64,000 nucleotides of DNA from Cenococcum geophilum (GCA_050273025.1 CP158635.1:7130001-7194000); one strand, 5' to 3'; positions 49,601 through 63,500 are shown, counted from the stretch's first letter. Notes: a model not told the origin generated them from the letters alone. Numbers and translations: made by a program.

Positions 49601-51553
49601 AAGTGTTCTTAGCAGAGTAAGGAGTTTAAGTAGTAACTTCCACCATATACTATCTATAGACAGACGGTTAAATAGAAAGATTAAATTAGACGCTAGAGTA
49701 GTATTTAAGGCATTATATTAATTATGCATAAAATAATTAGGTATTACTATTACTAGTTATATAGTTTACATATAATATAACACCTTAAGAAGGAATAGGT
49801 ATATTATTATTTAAGGCAAATTACGGATACGAGCTAAGAATATTATTATTATTACGGTAAGTAAAGAAAATGAGTAGTATAGCTAAAGAAAGAATAAAGA
49901 TATTAATAAATCTTTATATAGACCTTACGGAATTAGTAAAGAAGGTATAAGAGAGAATAAAAAAGTACTATAATACTAAGAGATCTAAGGGACCAGATCT
50001 TAAGGAGGGAGATAAAGTATGGCTACTATATAAAAATTTTAAGAGTTAATAACTAAGTAAGAAATTAGACTATGTTAGACTAGGACCTTTTAAAATTACA
50101 TAAAAGATTTTACTGGTTATATTTAAGTTAAACCTACCAACTAAAATAAAGATCTACCCTATATAGTATATTATAATACTAGAGCTAGTATATAGGAATA
50201 TTAAGCCACCGGTCTATAAAGCAGACATGTATAGAGGATAAGAAGAAGACAAATAGTAAGTATTAAAGATTGTTAATTATAAGGATATTAACGACGAAAT
50301 ATAGTATAAGGTTAAGTGGATAGGCTATACTAAGACTACCTAGGAGCTACTAGAGAATTTAAAGAACGCTATAGGAAAGGTATAAAAGTATTAGAAGAGA
50401 TTAGGTTAGGTAGTATTAATAAAAAAGGATTGCTAAAGAATAAGTTACCTAAAGGGGACCCAAGAAGAGTAGTTGCCGAACTACTTAGATCTATTTCCTT
50501 CTCTATTAGAAGAGAATCTATTCTTTTATTACCTAGTTCCTATAGACCTTATTCTATAAGTTTTCACTCCTTAGAACAAACCTTCTTATAAACCTTCTTA
50601 AGATAAAGTAGACAAGTAGACGCCGTAATTTAAGTATCTAGAGCCTTCTGTTTTACATTACGGGAACATTCTAACTTAGCAAAGGCTTACAACAGTTTAC
50701 CATCTAGCTACGTAATAGCAGATTAAATATAAAACCCTAAGACAAATTAATTAGGGAACTAGACGACTATTAAGAGTAATAGATCGCGTATATTTAGCAT
50801 TAGAAGTAGAGCGAACGTTATAGGACGAATAAATATTTACTTTAGTATACTTTAAGTAAGAGGACGGTTATTGCGAAGATAGGTTTGCTAACGTAATATA
50901 AACTAACCCCTTTTTTAAACAACAAGAATATAGAGACGGTATAATCTCACTAAGAGATAATATTACAGCAATAGTGTAAGCATAACGTTGGGCATATAAA
51001 GAAGAAATTGCTTTAGGTATAATAAGTAATAATATTAACCAAATTAATTAGATAGATATTATACCTCTAGTAAACAACTTAGAGATATTTTAAATCTTTA
51101 AGGACGAAGATAAAGAGAAAGGAGATGGTATTACGGACGCTTTAAGTACAATGTTATAACTACTTAGAGAAGAGATAGAAGAAGCTAGTTAGTTAATTTA
51201 GGTACGGTCCGGAATAGAGCCGATAGAACTATATAATAAGGAATAGTAACTAAGGTTATATAATGTGCTATATATTAAACGAGAGGAATAAGAGAAACTT
51301 ATATACCTTATATATAAGACGTATATTATATATAAGAAGGATTTTATAGGAGTATAGTTATATATTTAAGGACCCTTAGTCCCTACCTAAATAGTTCCTT
51401 CTTTATAGTAATTCTTAGAATATAATTAGAGTTAATCTATTAGGCAACCACTCCACTAGTTGTTATTACGTTGTTGACTTTTGTACTTGCATTTCCTACA
51501 CACCTAGCCTAATAACGAGCCCACCGTAGTTCTTGCTACAAGGTTCCGTTATA
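43603..51553 (+). mobile_element. Full-length Ty3/Gypsy chromovirus inserted in captain no. 1
   Basis: 425-bp LTRs 43603-44027 and 51129-51553, TSD GTAGT and PPT agagaaaggagatgg. Contains gag, protease ALIDS, RT, RNaseH, integrase and chromodomain. Confidence 0.95.
50440..51020 (-). pseudogene. Antisense accessory ORF in the Gypsy 3' region, Zn2Cys6-like plus coiled coil
   Basis: IPSLYSCCLKKGLVYITLANLSSQ*PSSYLKYTKVNIYSSYNV de-RIPs to a C-x2-C-x6-C...C-x2-C...C cluster, followed after a likely intron by a helical segment. Confidence 0.5.
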
Positions 51554-51843
51554 GTAGTCCTGATTATAGAAGAGGGTGTTAAGATAATATAGCTACTATA
51601 TCCTATAACGTTTACTAATCTTATTTACCTTATCTATATTAGCAATAACTAACTCTTAATACTAAGGTAGACCCGCCTATTTATAAAGAAGGATATACTA
51701 TAGAAGTATCTTAATAATTATATTATAGAAGGAGTGTTTAGGTAGGGGTTCTACTATAAGTATCCTTGTTGTTTAGAGTGGATTAAAGGACTTAAGTATT
51801 TTAAAAATTACGTAGCCCTTATATATAGCGTATAGTATCTAAT
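51554..51843 (+). pseudogene. Captain no. 1 C-terminal zinc-finger segment (resumes after the Gypsy)
   Basis: LYPITFTNLIYLIYISNN*L...KKDIL*KYLNNY...GFYYKYPCCLEWIKGLKYFKNYVALIYSV, i.e. CLICIG...KH...CxHPxC...HFKNHxAxxH. Confidence 0.85.
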
Positions 51844-52109
51844 TAAGAAGTACTACTAGGTAAGTCGCCTTACCTATATAAGAATCCTATATTAACCCTC
51901 TAGTACTAATAGAAAGGTATATAACTAGTAAATTTAAAACTATACGTTTTTTTATATATAGGACCTTTTCCTAGTTATTACGCGCTTATCTTATTATTCT
52001 TTATCGCTTTTTATTTTAATTTAGTCTATTATTATCTAATCCTATTCTAGTATTTAATAGAATAGATATAGTAACTAGGATTTTATAATTTATCTAGGGG
52101 GGTAAGAGG

Positions 52110-52235
52110 TAATAGGTAAGGTAAGAGTAAGGTAAGAGTAAGGTAAAGGGTAGGGTAAAGGGTAGAGTAAAGGGTAAGGTAAAGGGTAGGGTAAAGGGTA
52201 AGGTAAAGGGTAGGTAAAGGGTAAGGTAAGGGGTA
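52110..52235. repeat. G-rich minisatellite (~11-12-bp unit, aaagggtagggt-like)
   Basis: Seen directly. The unit is not TTAGGG. Confidence 0.85.
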
Positions 52236-52289
52236 GCTAATAGGGGATAGATAATATAGTTGCTATAAAATATCTAATGGACCGACTAT

Positions 52290-53065
52290 AGATAAGATAT
52301 ATATTTGAATTTCTTAGATTAACCTAAATAGAGAAAGGAAGAAAAGTATTATATAATAACTTCCTATCTAAGCTAATCTCCTAAGCTATATATCTTTACT
52401 TATATATAATACTAGTACTTTAAGCAACAAAGTATATAAGGGTAATTAGGGTCGGATAGATAACTGCTATCCTTAATAGAATATATAAACTAGGCGCTAT
52501 AACTAATATTATAATAGGTCCTGGTCTTATAGAGTATATTAAGACAGTTATTAATATTTTCACTTTTGCGCTTAGCTGCGGCGTACCTTACCTTAGCGGG
52601 TTAAAGTAGCGATTTTGTTTGTTATAGCTGAGATTAGATAGCTTAAAGTTTCTATATAAAATTTTCCTCTATTTCCTTAGATGCGGTAATCGCTGTCTAT
52701 ATAATACTAATAGCGAAATCGCTTATAATATCTAGCTCTATAAAGTCCTTAAGTTTAACAAGCTCTTTAATATGCTTAGCCGCTATTAAAGTAATTATAT
52801 TGCATAATACTAAGTTACCTATTAGGCTAAAGATATCCTTAATAATATTAGGGAACCTATCTATAGACTAGCTAGTCCCTAGAATGTATTAGATTTTTAT
52901 ATTTATAAGCTCTTTTAGCTATAGTATATTATAGTAATTGGTAATTATATTAATATAGACGTGGTAAAGTGTAATATTGGCCGTTATCAGCTATGTCGTT
53001 ATGTCTTTATTATCGCGACCGCTATTATCTAGTTTAGATAGTAATAAGGTATCGGCGTTATTAAG
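52290..53065 (-). pseudogene. C-terminal half of a BTB/POZ-type fungal protein, 5'-truncated
   Basis: TLYHVYINIITNYYNIL*LKELINIKI*YILGTS*SIDRFPNIIKDIFSLIGNLVLCNIITLIAAKHIKELV (HxxVxxIADYYDIxxLxxLA...). The BTB core is not seen upstream. Confidence 0.55.
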
Positions 53066-53615
53066 TTACACTACCTCTAATTTTACTATAGTAACTCTAT
53101 GTCCTAGGACACTAGCATCTATTTTTAGGTGGTTTACTTACTATTTTAAGCAGCACTTGTCCTATACGCTAAGCCTTAAGCAATATATCTCCCCTATTAA
53201 AACTTTTAACCTAGGGCATTTCTATATTTAATTACCCATTACTAGTATAGCCCTATATTCCTAATTCTAAAAGTAGGCCATCTATTATCCTACTAAATTA
53301 TAGTTAGTACTTTACCTATTATATGGGATATATCTAGCGTTCTAAGTCCCTAAGAAATGTATAAAGCTAGATATACCCGCTATAGTCTTTTATAATTATC
53401 CACTTGACCTTACTACCATTAACGTACTATTTTTGGTTTTTTTATAACATTATTAGTCTACCTTCACTTTGTTACTACTAAGGCTATTATACTTCTATTT
53501 GCCTTAATTTCTAATTTATATTATAATCTAGCTTACTTAATTACTCTACTACCTCGTTTTAATTTAAATATTAAAACTTTAGTCTTACCCTATTATTACT
53601 ATAGTTCTCTTATTT

Positions 53616-55910
53616 ATAGGGTATTAAATACACGGCCTTATAATATAAACTCCTAAGTAAAACCTTAGGTAGAAACCTAGTTATAAACCTAAGTAGAAAC
53701 TAAGCCATAAACCTAGGTAGAAGCCTAGATATAAACTAAGAAGTCTACCTACTTAACCTAAATATTTGGCTAAGTATTACTAAAAAGTCCGCGAAGATAT
53801 TTAGAGAGCTAAAGTAGTAAAGAAAAATTATTTACCCTTAACAACGAATAATATAAACGAGATTTTAGTCTAATATATAAGGTAAGGGTCCTCTAATTTA
53901 AGATAAAATTCTATAGCTTACCCTTTAGGTTCTATAAGAATATTAAAGACTATCCTATTTAACTTATTTAGAATACCTTAGGTAACAATATAAAGCTTTT
54001 TCTTAGATAGATTTTAGATAATTATTTATTACGGAAAAGGACTAGTATTTGATAGAAATTTAAATATTAGAGGCAGCTCTATTAAAGATACGCGGAAAAG
54101 GATTAGCTAGAAGGCCTTAGAGTGGAAATTAATAATATATAGAAATAGCTTTAAATATCTATAAAACCCGCTAATTATAATAGTATATTAATGGGCTATT
54201 AACTAAGGAGTACTAGCTTAACGCGACTATAAAAGAGAAACCAGTAATAAACGTTAACGATATTTTTTGTGTTTTATATTACTATTAGGCCCTAGATAAC
54301 TCTATATTTCTAAATAGGCAATAAATCCTATAACTTGCTCTTCTAATACTTATCTGTATATATATAGCAACTTAGCTAGGCGTATTAGTCTATATTAAGA
54401 GAAATATAAAAATAGTAACCAAATATACTCTTAAAAATTACAATAAGGATAGAGATATAGAAGGTAGTAAAAGTAATAGTGAAAATAGTAGTAAAGATAA
54501 CAGCGAAGATAATAATAAAGATAATAGAAAGGATGAAGAATTCTAGGACAAGATAGATATAGATTTAGATAGACCTATTAAGACTTTATGCTATAAATAT
54601 ATTACCCTTATTCTCCTTTAAAAGCCTAAGGCTAAGCAAGATCTTCTTACTATAGAGATTAATTTGCGGTTTACTAAAGGATATAAACGGAATTATAAAT
54701 GGTAAAGTTTACTTAAAAGCTTTTTCTTTAATAACTGCTAACCTAGATATGTAAGCCAGTATTCCAGTAAGCAGTTTTAATATTAGACGGGATTCGACCT
54801 TCAAATAAACCTCTACGCTACGATACCTTTCTCTACTATATTTAGCAACTAGGCTTTATAGCCGGAATAATATAGATCTTTAATCCCTATAATATTTAAT
54901 AAGGAGCTAGTAAGGTAGTTAATGCAATAGTAACCTAAGCTTAATTATAATAGGTTATAGGTTATATAGATGCTGGGACCTATTAGGCTTATATTAATAA
55001 GCGGATTTAATATAACGTGCAGGCCGCTTTCCTCGGACGCCCTTCTACTAATGCACTTTTTAAGTCCCTAACTTATGTTAGTTGGGATACCAACCTATAG
55101 GCTCCTAAAGCCATTACAAATCTAATAAACAATTCTCTTAAGACTTATCTACTTATTGTAGAGCTTTATTAGTGGCGCAATACCTTATCTAAAGTAGCTA
55201 GGGAACTATACGGGACTTTAAAAAATATATAAGTAGTTAGGAGTGAAGAGTATAAATTGTGTACGCAAGCTGTATTAGATTTAAAAAAATATAAGAAGAT
55301 CTTAAAAAGAGAGAAATAGAAGGAAATATAGCTTAATTTTTTTAATAAAATTAAGACCGAATATTTGAGACGATAACTTGCCCTATCGGCTATAGGTCTA
55401 AGTAAGGAAGAGTAAAAACTAGAACTAGTGAAGTATAGCTTAGAACGAAAACGTGTTACTAATCTCTTATATTAATACCGTTCTAAACTTATACTATAAG
55501 AGATGCTCTAATATTAAATTAATGTAATTAAAGCCTTACTTAATCTATACCGGGTACTAAAACCTATAGTTAAGTGTAAGGTTATCCGTAATTATAATTA
55601 GGGTATCCTTCCTACTCTAGAGCTAAGTCTAGAGCTAACGGTTAAACTTATACTGGGCCCTATAAAGATTACAAATCGATAGTATCTCTTCTACGCCTAT
55701 AAGATAGGAGTATATACCCTTTTCTATTGCCCGCGTAAAGTAAGGGAATACATTAAGATATAGCACCTTTCTTTTTTTAGATAGGATAAATCAATCCTAT
55801 ATCCTAACCTATATTATCGCTTATTAGGAATAATACTCTTTAGGTATAAGCATTTTAAAAACTATATATTTATAGTGTATAGCGCTTCTCTACTACCTTA
55901 TACTTTAGCT
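53616..55910 (+). pseudogene. Starship captain tyrosine recombinase (DUF3435) no. 2, divergent from no. 1, with a probable internal deletion
   Basis: YINGLLTKEY*LNATIKEKPVINVNDIFCVLYYY*ALD...LALLILICIYIAT*LGVLVY, KTLCYKYITLILL...IEINLRFTKGYK, NPYNI**GA, *VIGYIDAGTY*AYI, AAFLGRPS, and C-terminal KHFKNYIFIVY. Confidence 0.85.
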
Positions 55911-56030
55911 TTAAAAGAACTAACTCTAAAGAGCTAGAGCGTATAATAAAAGAGATTGTTATAAAGCAAGAACTAGAAGAGGACACGCTCTTAAGGGATA
56001 AAGTAGAGCGAAGTATAAAGCGTAAGCCTA

Positions 56031-56353
56031 TATTGACCGTTAAGGTTACTGTTAGGTACCACCTTATAACTTACTATCCTGTTTCTTACTATTATATATC
56101 TTATATCAACCTAAATTAAGGTTCCTTACTACTATCTACTACTATCTATAGACCTAGATCGTCTATATAAGCTATATCTTAGGTATATATCAACTTATAA
56201 CTAAATATCTTATATAATATTTTATTACCTATTCCTATTACCTAAGAGACAACATAGTCGTCTATCTATTACACTATCTATCTAAGGTATATAGAGAGCT
56301 TTTAGAGCCCTCTTTAATAAATAGAGTTCTTATTCTAAAATATTAGTTTAATA
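56031..56353 (+). mobile_element. LTR related to the Copia C LTR (opposite orientation), partial element or solo LTR
   Basis: tattgaccgttaaggttactgttaggtaccaccttataac and atatagagagcttttagagccctctttaata match the reverse complement of 35348-35587. No TSD found. Confidence 0.65.
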
Positions 56354-56601
56354 TCTTACTACCTATTTCTATTACCTATTTATTACCTATTACTAACTAA
56401 GTAGTAATATTAACCTAGTGGCAATTAAGTAATAGTTAAAAATCGTCGTTAGCGTTGTTATCAGTCTGTTACTATCTAACGTCCATCCCTATATTGCGGA
56501 AAACCCACCATACTAAGAAATATAAGGTGTACTTTAACTTTAAGCAACTATAACTCTACGTATATATTATGCTTCACTATAATTATATATAAGTTATATG
56601 C

Positions 56602-56955
56602 TGTAACTACTTTATAATATTTAAGACCCTTTATATCTATAAATTACGCTTATATTATCGCTTTCGCGCTATTAGCGACTTAATTAATCGAGGTATAAGC
56701 ATAGTAAGAAGGATGTGTACGAGCCTATATAATTAGATTATCTATAAATAAGGATCTAAAGCTAAAGAAAAGGAAAGGAAAAGAGAAGTAGCAACGCAAG
56801 AAGTTATATATAATCCCCTAGTTATATAAGGGTTACGTAAGCTCCGCGTCTATTATAACGTCTACTATAACAGCCGCGGTCCTCTAGTTACGTAATCGCA
56901 AAGTTTTACTAAGTTCTGCCACCAAGTTCTGCCGTTTTCTGCTAGTGCTATAACA
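56602..56955 (-). mobile_element. Probable 3' LTR of another minus-strand LTR element
   Basis: Ends ...gtgctataaca followed by ttaccccc (PPT-like on the minus strand). Contains aagttctgcc repeats resembling the neighbouring LTR. The left limit is uncertain. Confidence 0.4.
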
Positions 56956-56963
56956 TTACCCCC

Positions 56964-59900
56964 TGTCACGGAGTGAGTACAAGCGACGATAATATATAGT
57001 AAAGTAGATATTATTAAGCTATGTACATAAACTGTGTGATGAGATCAAGACGTTGCGTAAGGAAAGAAGGTAGGAAAACGGGAAGAAAGAGCATATATTG
57101 TTGACTTAGTTGCTTAGTTAATACGTGCATAGGGCAAAATAGGGTTCAGGTCGTAATCCTGGCAGAACTTGGCAGAATTTAGTAAAACTTGGCAGAATAT
57201 GGCAGAATGCCGTAGATTACCGTTAGATTGCTATCTTGCGGTTAGTCTCTAATTGCTAAGTTAGTAGAAACAGGTGGACGTGTGTAAGGTATCACGGGGG
57301 TGTCCTATAATACCCCCCCCTTAGTAAAGCCTGCCCTTAGGCTTTATATATCCATATTACCCCTATAGGGCGTTCTTATCCTTATATTCTTCTAGTAGCT
57401 TATTATCTTCGCTATACTAGCACTCTATTTACTTATCTAGGTACTTTAAAGGTCCTGGTTTATTAGGGTAGCGGCTATAGAATTTTTAAAGCTTATAGGG
57501 ACTGCTAATAAAGTTCTATATAGGGTACTAGGTAGGATCTAGGTCATAGCCTTTCTACTTAACGCGGTACTTTAGCGTTTTCCTTACTAGTTTATAGGCC
57601 AGTATTTCTTCAATTTCCTATTTATTGTCGCTATTAACTTAAATTAGCAGGGGTGGTTTATTCTTTTATCCGGGTAATAGGTTGTTTATAGCTTTCTATA
57701 GCTTATCTAGTAAGAAAATAGGGTAAACCTTAATTAAATCTGGGAGCTTTACTTTATATAAGTTACTTATCTTCTTAAGGACCTTATACGGTCCCGCCAT
57801 CTAATAGTCTAGCTTATAGCTAGGTATTCCATCTTCTAGTTCTTTATTATAACCTAGACCATATTACCTATAGTAAAGTTAGGTTTACGCCTATACTTAT
57901 TTACCTACTATTCTATTAACCTTTAGGCCTTTTCTAGATTTATATAGGCTACCGTCTAGGCTTCCTTATAAGATAGTTTCTCGCGTATAATCTATAGTCC
58001 TTCTAGCCTATTCTAGTTAAAGCTTATTTAGGGTAGATACTCTATTTCTAGTTAGATAGGTATAAATCCCGTAGAGCTATAGGGTAGGGTTGCCTAGGCG
58101 TAGTCTATTAGGGGTAGTAGTTCGCCCTAGTTATCCTAAAAGTAGTTAATAAAGGGCTAAAGTCTCTAGTCTAAGTATTAATTTATAATCTCCATCTAGC
58201 CGTCTATCTAGGGGTAGTACGCTATAGAAAGCTTTAGCCTAATCCCTAGGATCTAAGTAAACTCATTCTAGAAGGCCAATATAAACTGCGGCCCGTAGTC
58301 CAATATAATAGTATCTAGTGGTCTATAAATTTAGTAGATATAATAGATATACAGTTAGGCCACTTCTTTAGTATTAATATTCTTATAATAGGGAATTAAG
58401 AAAGGGCGTTTACTAAAGCGGTTAACTAGGACTATAACCATATCGTACCTATTATAATTTACTAGTAGTTTATAGAAGTCTATAGAGATATACTGCTAGG
58501 GGCGCCCTAGTATTAGGAGTGGCTTTAATAGTCCTAGGGTCTTATCTTATAGAATTATAGACCTATAGCAGCCGTTGCAGTTTTATATATAACGGTTGAT
58601 ATTTATAACTATCCTAGGCCAGTAATAATAGTTACCAATAATCTTATGGGTCTTATTCTTTCTAGGGTAGGCCGTAGAGACCTATATATACGCTTTAGCA
58701 ATAAGTCAGGTCCATAAGTTCTATTCCTTTACTACTACTAGCCATTTCTAGTACTTAAGTAATCCGTTTTTAAGGGACTATAGGCCGGTATTATCCTTTA
58801 CCTTTTTATAATACTCCTATAGAGAAGGGGCCGTACGGTTTACTTATAGCAGTTTATTAATAAGGTTAAGTTCTATAGAGTTAATAGGATATATCTTAGT
58901 ACTTAGAGGGTCCGTACTTAGTTCTGCTCATATTTAGGGGTTAAGGTATTCTAGTTATAGTAGCGCCTAGGTCTATAATAAGATCTTTACAGCTACTTAG
59001 TTACCTAGGTCCTGTTTACACCTTATAAGAGTATCCGCGCAGTTAGTGGCGCCTAGCCTATATATAATTAGGAAGTTAAACTAGAATAGGACCTCCGCCT
59101 AGCATACTTGCCGGGCTATAAGGGCCTTTATTGTTATAAAATATTCTAAGGCCTTATAATCTAAAACTACCCAAATAGGCTTAGGGGTTCCCTCTAGCTA
59201 TACCCGCTAGTACTAAAAGCTAGAGATAATAGCCAGCATCTCTTTATCGTAGATTAGGTAGTTTAGCTTAGTGTTTATTATAGTCTTTAAATAGTAGGTA
59301 ATAGGGTGATATTCTCTGTCTGGCTGCTTCTAGGAGTAAACACTAGCTATTATACCGTTTAAGGTATTAGTTTCTAGTATTAAGGGCCGCTCTAGATAGA
59401 AATGGGCGAGTAGGGGAGTAGAGACTAGCCGCTTTTTAAGCTTATTAAAGGCTTACTTATATACGGCATTAAAATAGAAGGGCTGGTCCTTTCTAGTAAG
59501 GCGGGTAAGAGGTTAGGTAATCCTGCTATAGTTCTTTATAAAGCGTTAGTAGAAGTTATAGAAACCTAAGAACGACTACACCCCCTTTACGGTCCGTGGG
59601 GGTTCCTATTAGTTAATTACGGCTATCTTTTCTAGGTCTGCCTTAATTCCGTCTATACTAATAATAAACCCTAAGTACTTTATACGCTTAACACTAAATT
59701 CTAACTTTTTAATATTAGCCTAAAGGCTAGCTTTATAGAGCCGTTATAGGACTTTATAGACATACTCCTCGTGTTCTAACTTGTTCTTAGAGTAAATTAT
59801 AATATTATTTAGGTAGGCTATATAGAAGTCATTAAGGTAGTTAAAGAGTATATTATTTATATATCGCTAATATATAGCCAGTCCGTTAGTTAGTCTAAAG

Positions 59901-60522
59901 GGTAGTACTTTATATTTATACGTTCCGTAACGGGTCTAAAATATAGTAAGGTTTTCTAATTTAAGGTCTATCCTAATTTAGTAAAAAGCTTAACGGATAT
60001 TAAGCTTTGTAAAGATCTTAGCTCTACTTATTTAGGCTAAAGTCTTATTAAGTAAAGGCAGTAGGTAGCGGTCTTTAAGGATTATATTATTAAGCTTATA
60101 GTAGTTAATACAGAAATAAAATCCTCTATTCAGCTTTTTAGTAAAGAGAATAGGTAAGTTAAAAGGGGCTTAACTAGGTTTAATAAAGCCCTTATCTAGG
60201 TTATTAATAAGATACTACTTAGTGGCCTATAGTTCGGCAGTAGATTACTATTAGAGGGGGCTATAGCTAAGGGTATCTTTCTTATCTGGCTTAATCTTAA
60301 TCTTATAGTTATATAGTTAGTAAGGCGGAAGTATATTAGACGCTTCTTTAGAGAAGGTATTTTAAATTTTCTAGTATTAATAGGGTAGTTTCTATTCTAC
60401 TAGCTCCTTATCTATAAACTCGCCTTTCTCCTAGGCTAGGGTTTCTTTCTCTTTAATTATTCGATTAATTTTATATAGGCTAGTTATAAAGGTAATAGTA
60501 TTAGGCTAAACTAGGTTCTAGT
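56964..60522 (-). mobile_element. Ty3/Gypsy chromovirus F, 3' LTR plus pol (interrupted by a LINE)
   Basis: LTR 56964-57312 and poly-C PPT at 57313. Minus-strand chromodomain, integrase, RNaseH and RT (IFTKLNIR*AFY, YLNNIIIYS). Confidence 0.9.
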
Positions 60523-63500
60523 ATGGTGGGGTAAAATAGGCCACTGCTTAGTGCCTTAGCATATTCCTGTATTTATAGAGCCTTCGGCTTCCCTCCTTCT
60601 TGGATATCACGACCTACCGGAATACATTCTTTCCTTTCTTCTTACTGACTGCTTTCCTACTAATTGATTACGACTAACGACCGACCGACCAACCGACCGA
60701 CCAACCGACAGACAGACAGACAGCATTATAACTTCCTATCTAAGAGGGACCGCGTCCACCACCACACTAGTAGAATCCTATAGCGCCAATATAATAGATA
60801 TTAACTAGTAGGAGGTCTATATGTTTCTTTACAGATATTTATTAGGCCGTATTTTACGGTATAGAGTTTATAGTCTTCCTTAGCTTATATTCTATTTTCC
60901 GTAAATTATCCTTCTAGTTAATTAGTTTAGTATATTAACTAATATTCCTAGTCTTCCTTTAAGGCTATATAGTGCCTAAGTTCTCCCTTAGGGACTTAGC
61001 TAGGTTAAGTCCGCAACCTTTACGGATCTTAATAATACGGTGCGTTAGGCTAGGGCCTTAAGGACTATAGCAAGTCTGTTTAATAGGTTATCTTAAAATA
61101 TAGGGGTATCTCTAGTCTTAAGCAGTTCTTATAGCCGTTTAATATACAAAACAAAAAAGAGTAAAAAAAAAGGAGCTCTTGCTACACCCGGCCCAAAAAG
61201 ACTAAAACCAACTAAAAGAACCCTAAAAAACACCTAAAGAACCCCCCTAAGATATATACATCGCAGGGGAGGCACACGTCAAACGACGGTAGTTTATACT
61301 TAAGCGCGTCCACCAGAACCACGCCTAGTAATAGCCCTCTATAATAAGAACGGGCGAATACCACACTATAAAGCGGAAAGACCTTTATTAAGAAGGCATC
61401 TAATAAAATATAAAGCCTATTAGACGCGTTTAGTATCTGTAGTTATAGGGGAGTAACCGTTAGCTATAACAAACTAATACAGCTAGTAGAATGGCTCCGC
61501 CAGTCTAGTAAACCTTAGGCGCCCCTCTAGCAAACCCTTAATTAAATCCTCTAATGGCTAAGCAAAATTAAAAATAAATAAAACCCCTTCTTACTGGTAA
61601 ACCGCACCTAGGCCGCCGTAGCTGCGCTTTTATAGTATAGGGAACCTACCCCCCTAAAGATAATATCCGGGTATATAATTATAATATAACTAAATATAGA
61701 AAAAGCAGAGGGGCTTAGGGGATAATTAAAAATAGAAGTCCTTATAGAGATTTGTAAAGAGGTTTATAATACTATTATAGTCCAACACCTTAGGAGCGGA
61801 GATATTAGAGTTACCCTAAGGAACTAATAGGTAAAGGAATAGGCCATTAGGGTAGGGGACAGGCTAGGAGAACGTATTAGCATAAAGTGCTCCGCGAAGA
61901 TTACCTAGTTGAAGTCCTAGTGGTTCCCCTAAGCCTTAGGGTAGAAAAGGGACGCTAGGTAGATAATACAGCAACTATATATAAGATAGTAAAATAAATG
62001 GAACGCCTTATACTAGGACTTAAAATTACCTAAATCTAATAGCTTTAATAGGAAAATATAAACTAAGTATATAATAAAAATAATAAAAGAATATAAGGGT
62101 CGCTAGAGACTTACTAGGGAAACGCTAGTTAAATATTTAGCTCCCTTATTATTAGTATATATATACTAGAAATATAAAAACTCCTTATTTAAAAAGGTAT
62201 TATTATAAATAGCCTTATATATAACGTAAGGCTCTATAACTATAGACTCCGCCTAAAATAATACTATTGCTACGTATAGTAGGGACACACCTAATCCACA
62301 TACGTAGTATAGGTATGCTGCGGCTACTATATAGGCCCCTATAATATAAGATACTACTTAAATTAAGACTAAATAAAATGCGTAAACTGCCACTAAAGCA
62401 TATATAAGGCGTAGGAGAGAGAAGACTGTATTAAATACAGGAGACGGAAGGTAAGGGCTTAACAGCTACAGGAATAACTATATGCTAGGTTATATAAATA
62501 AAAATAATAGGCGATAAGCTAGGGGGGCGTAGGTGCCTTTCTAGCGTTTCCTACCTTTAATACTAGGGGGCTAGGCTAGCTATCCTAAGCCTTAACGGGC
62601 CAGAAGCGACGCCGCGCGATATTACTAGACTATATAGGGACATAAGGGTTATAGGGGACATAAGGGAGAGGACGCCCTATAGGAAGACCCTTATAAACAG
62701 CTATAGCAAGCTTAAGACTAGGACAATTAAAAATTAGACTTAACGCGGTAAATATAATATTTATAGCCAACTCTTAAAGGGTATATAGCCAACTAGTAAA
62801 AACAGGGGAAGAACTGAAAATAATAATAGATTTAGATATAGAAGCGCTAGTAGGAATATAAGATATAGGAATAGAAAGCTCTATATAAAATAAGTAGTAA
62901 CTAGGGTGTAGATATAAAAGATAGAAGTTCTAAATATTCTAGAGAAAGTAGAAATAGAAGAAGTAAGGAATAAAAAAGAGGCGAAGGACCCTCACCGGGG
63001 GTCCGCTACCTATCTATTATATAGTATAACTATAGCAATACAAACCACTGTTTTGTAAGGCCCTTACTAGACAGCCTAAACCTAGAGAAATACTATATCC
63101 TTGCTATATAAGAGCCGTATTATAATACCTATATATAATTAACATACTGCCCTTAAGGATTCCAGCTCTTATATAAACTAAAAGCAGCTATACGCGTGTG
63201 CTTTATAATTAGCAAGGCTATTAGCCTATCCTTATAATTATAGTAGGCAGTTAACCTAGATATTAGTATAGATTATTAATATATATAACCCTAGGGTTAA
63301 AGGGGTCCTATAAATAGAGAATATTATATTAGTAATAAGCCTACTAGAAACCAAAGGCATAGAGTTTATCCTATTAGGAGATATAAACCTCTACTACCCG
63401 CAGTAGAGGGGTATCTATATTGCTGCTAAATAATAGGTAGAGTGCCTACTAAGAGCTATAGACACCTAGGGCCTTAAGCTAGCTACCCCCCTAGGAGTAA

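Noticed and set aside
52110..52235. Interstitial telomere repeat
   Set aside because: Units are GGGTAA/GGTAAA variants, not TTAGGG/CCCTAA.
1016..53231. Remaining short ORFs in the ORF track as real genes
   Set aside because: They are chance, antisense or partial frames within RIPped transposons and pseudogenes (for example 20597-21034 and 35836-36192 lie in Copia interiors, and 12973-13170 is part of the kinase-like pseudogene).
60523..60620. HDV-like ribozyme at the 5' end of the right-hand LINE (also checked at 27852 and 11476)
   Set aside because: No P1/P2/P3 pseudoknot could be assembled.
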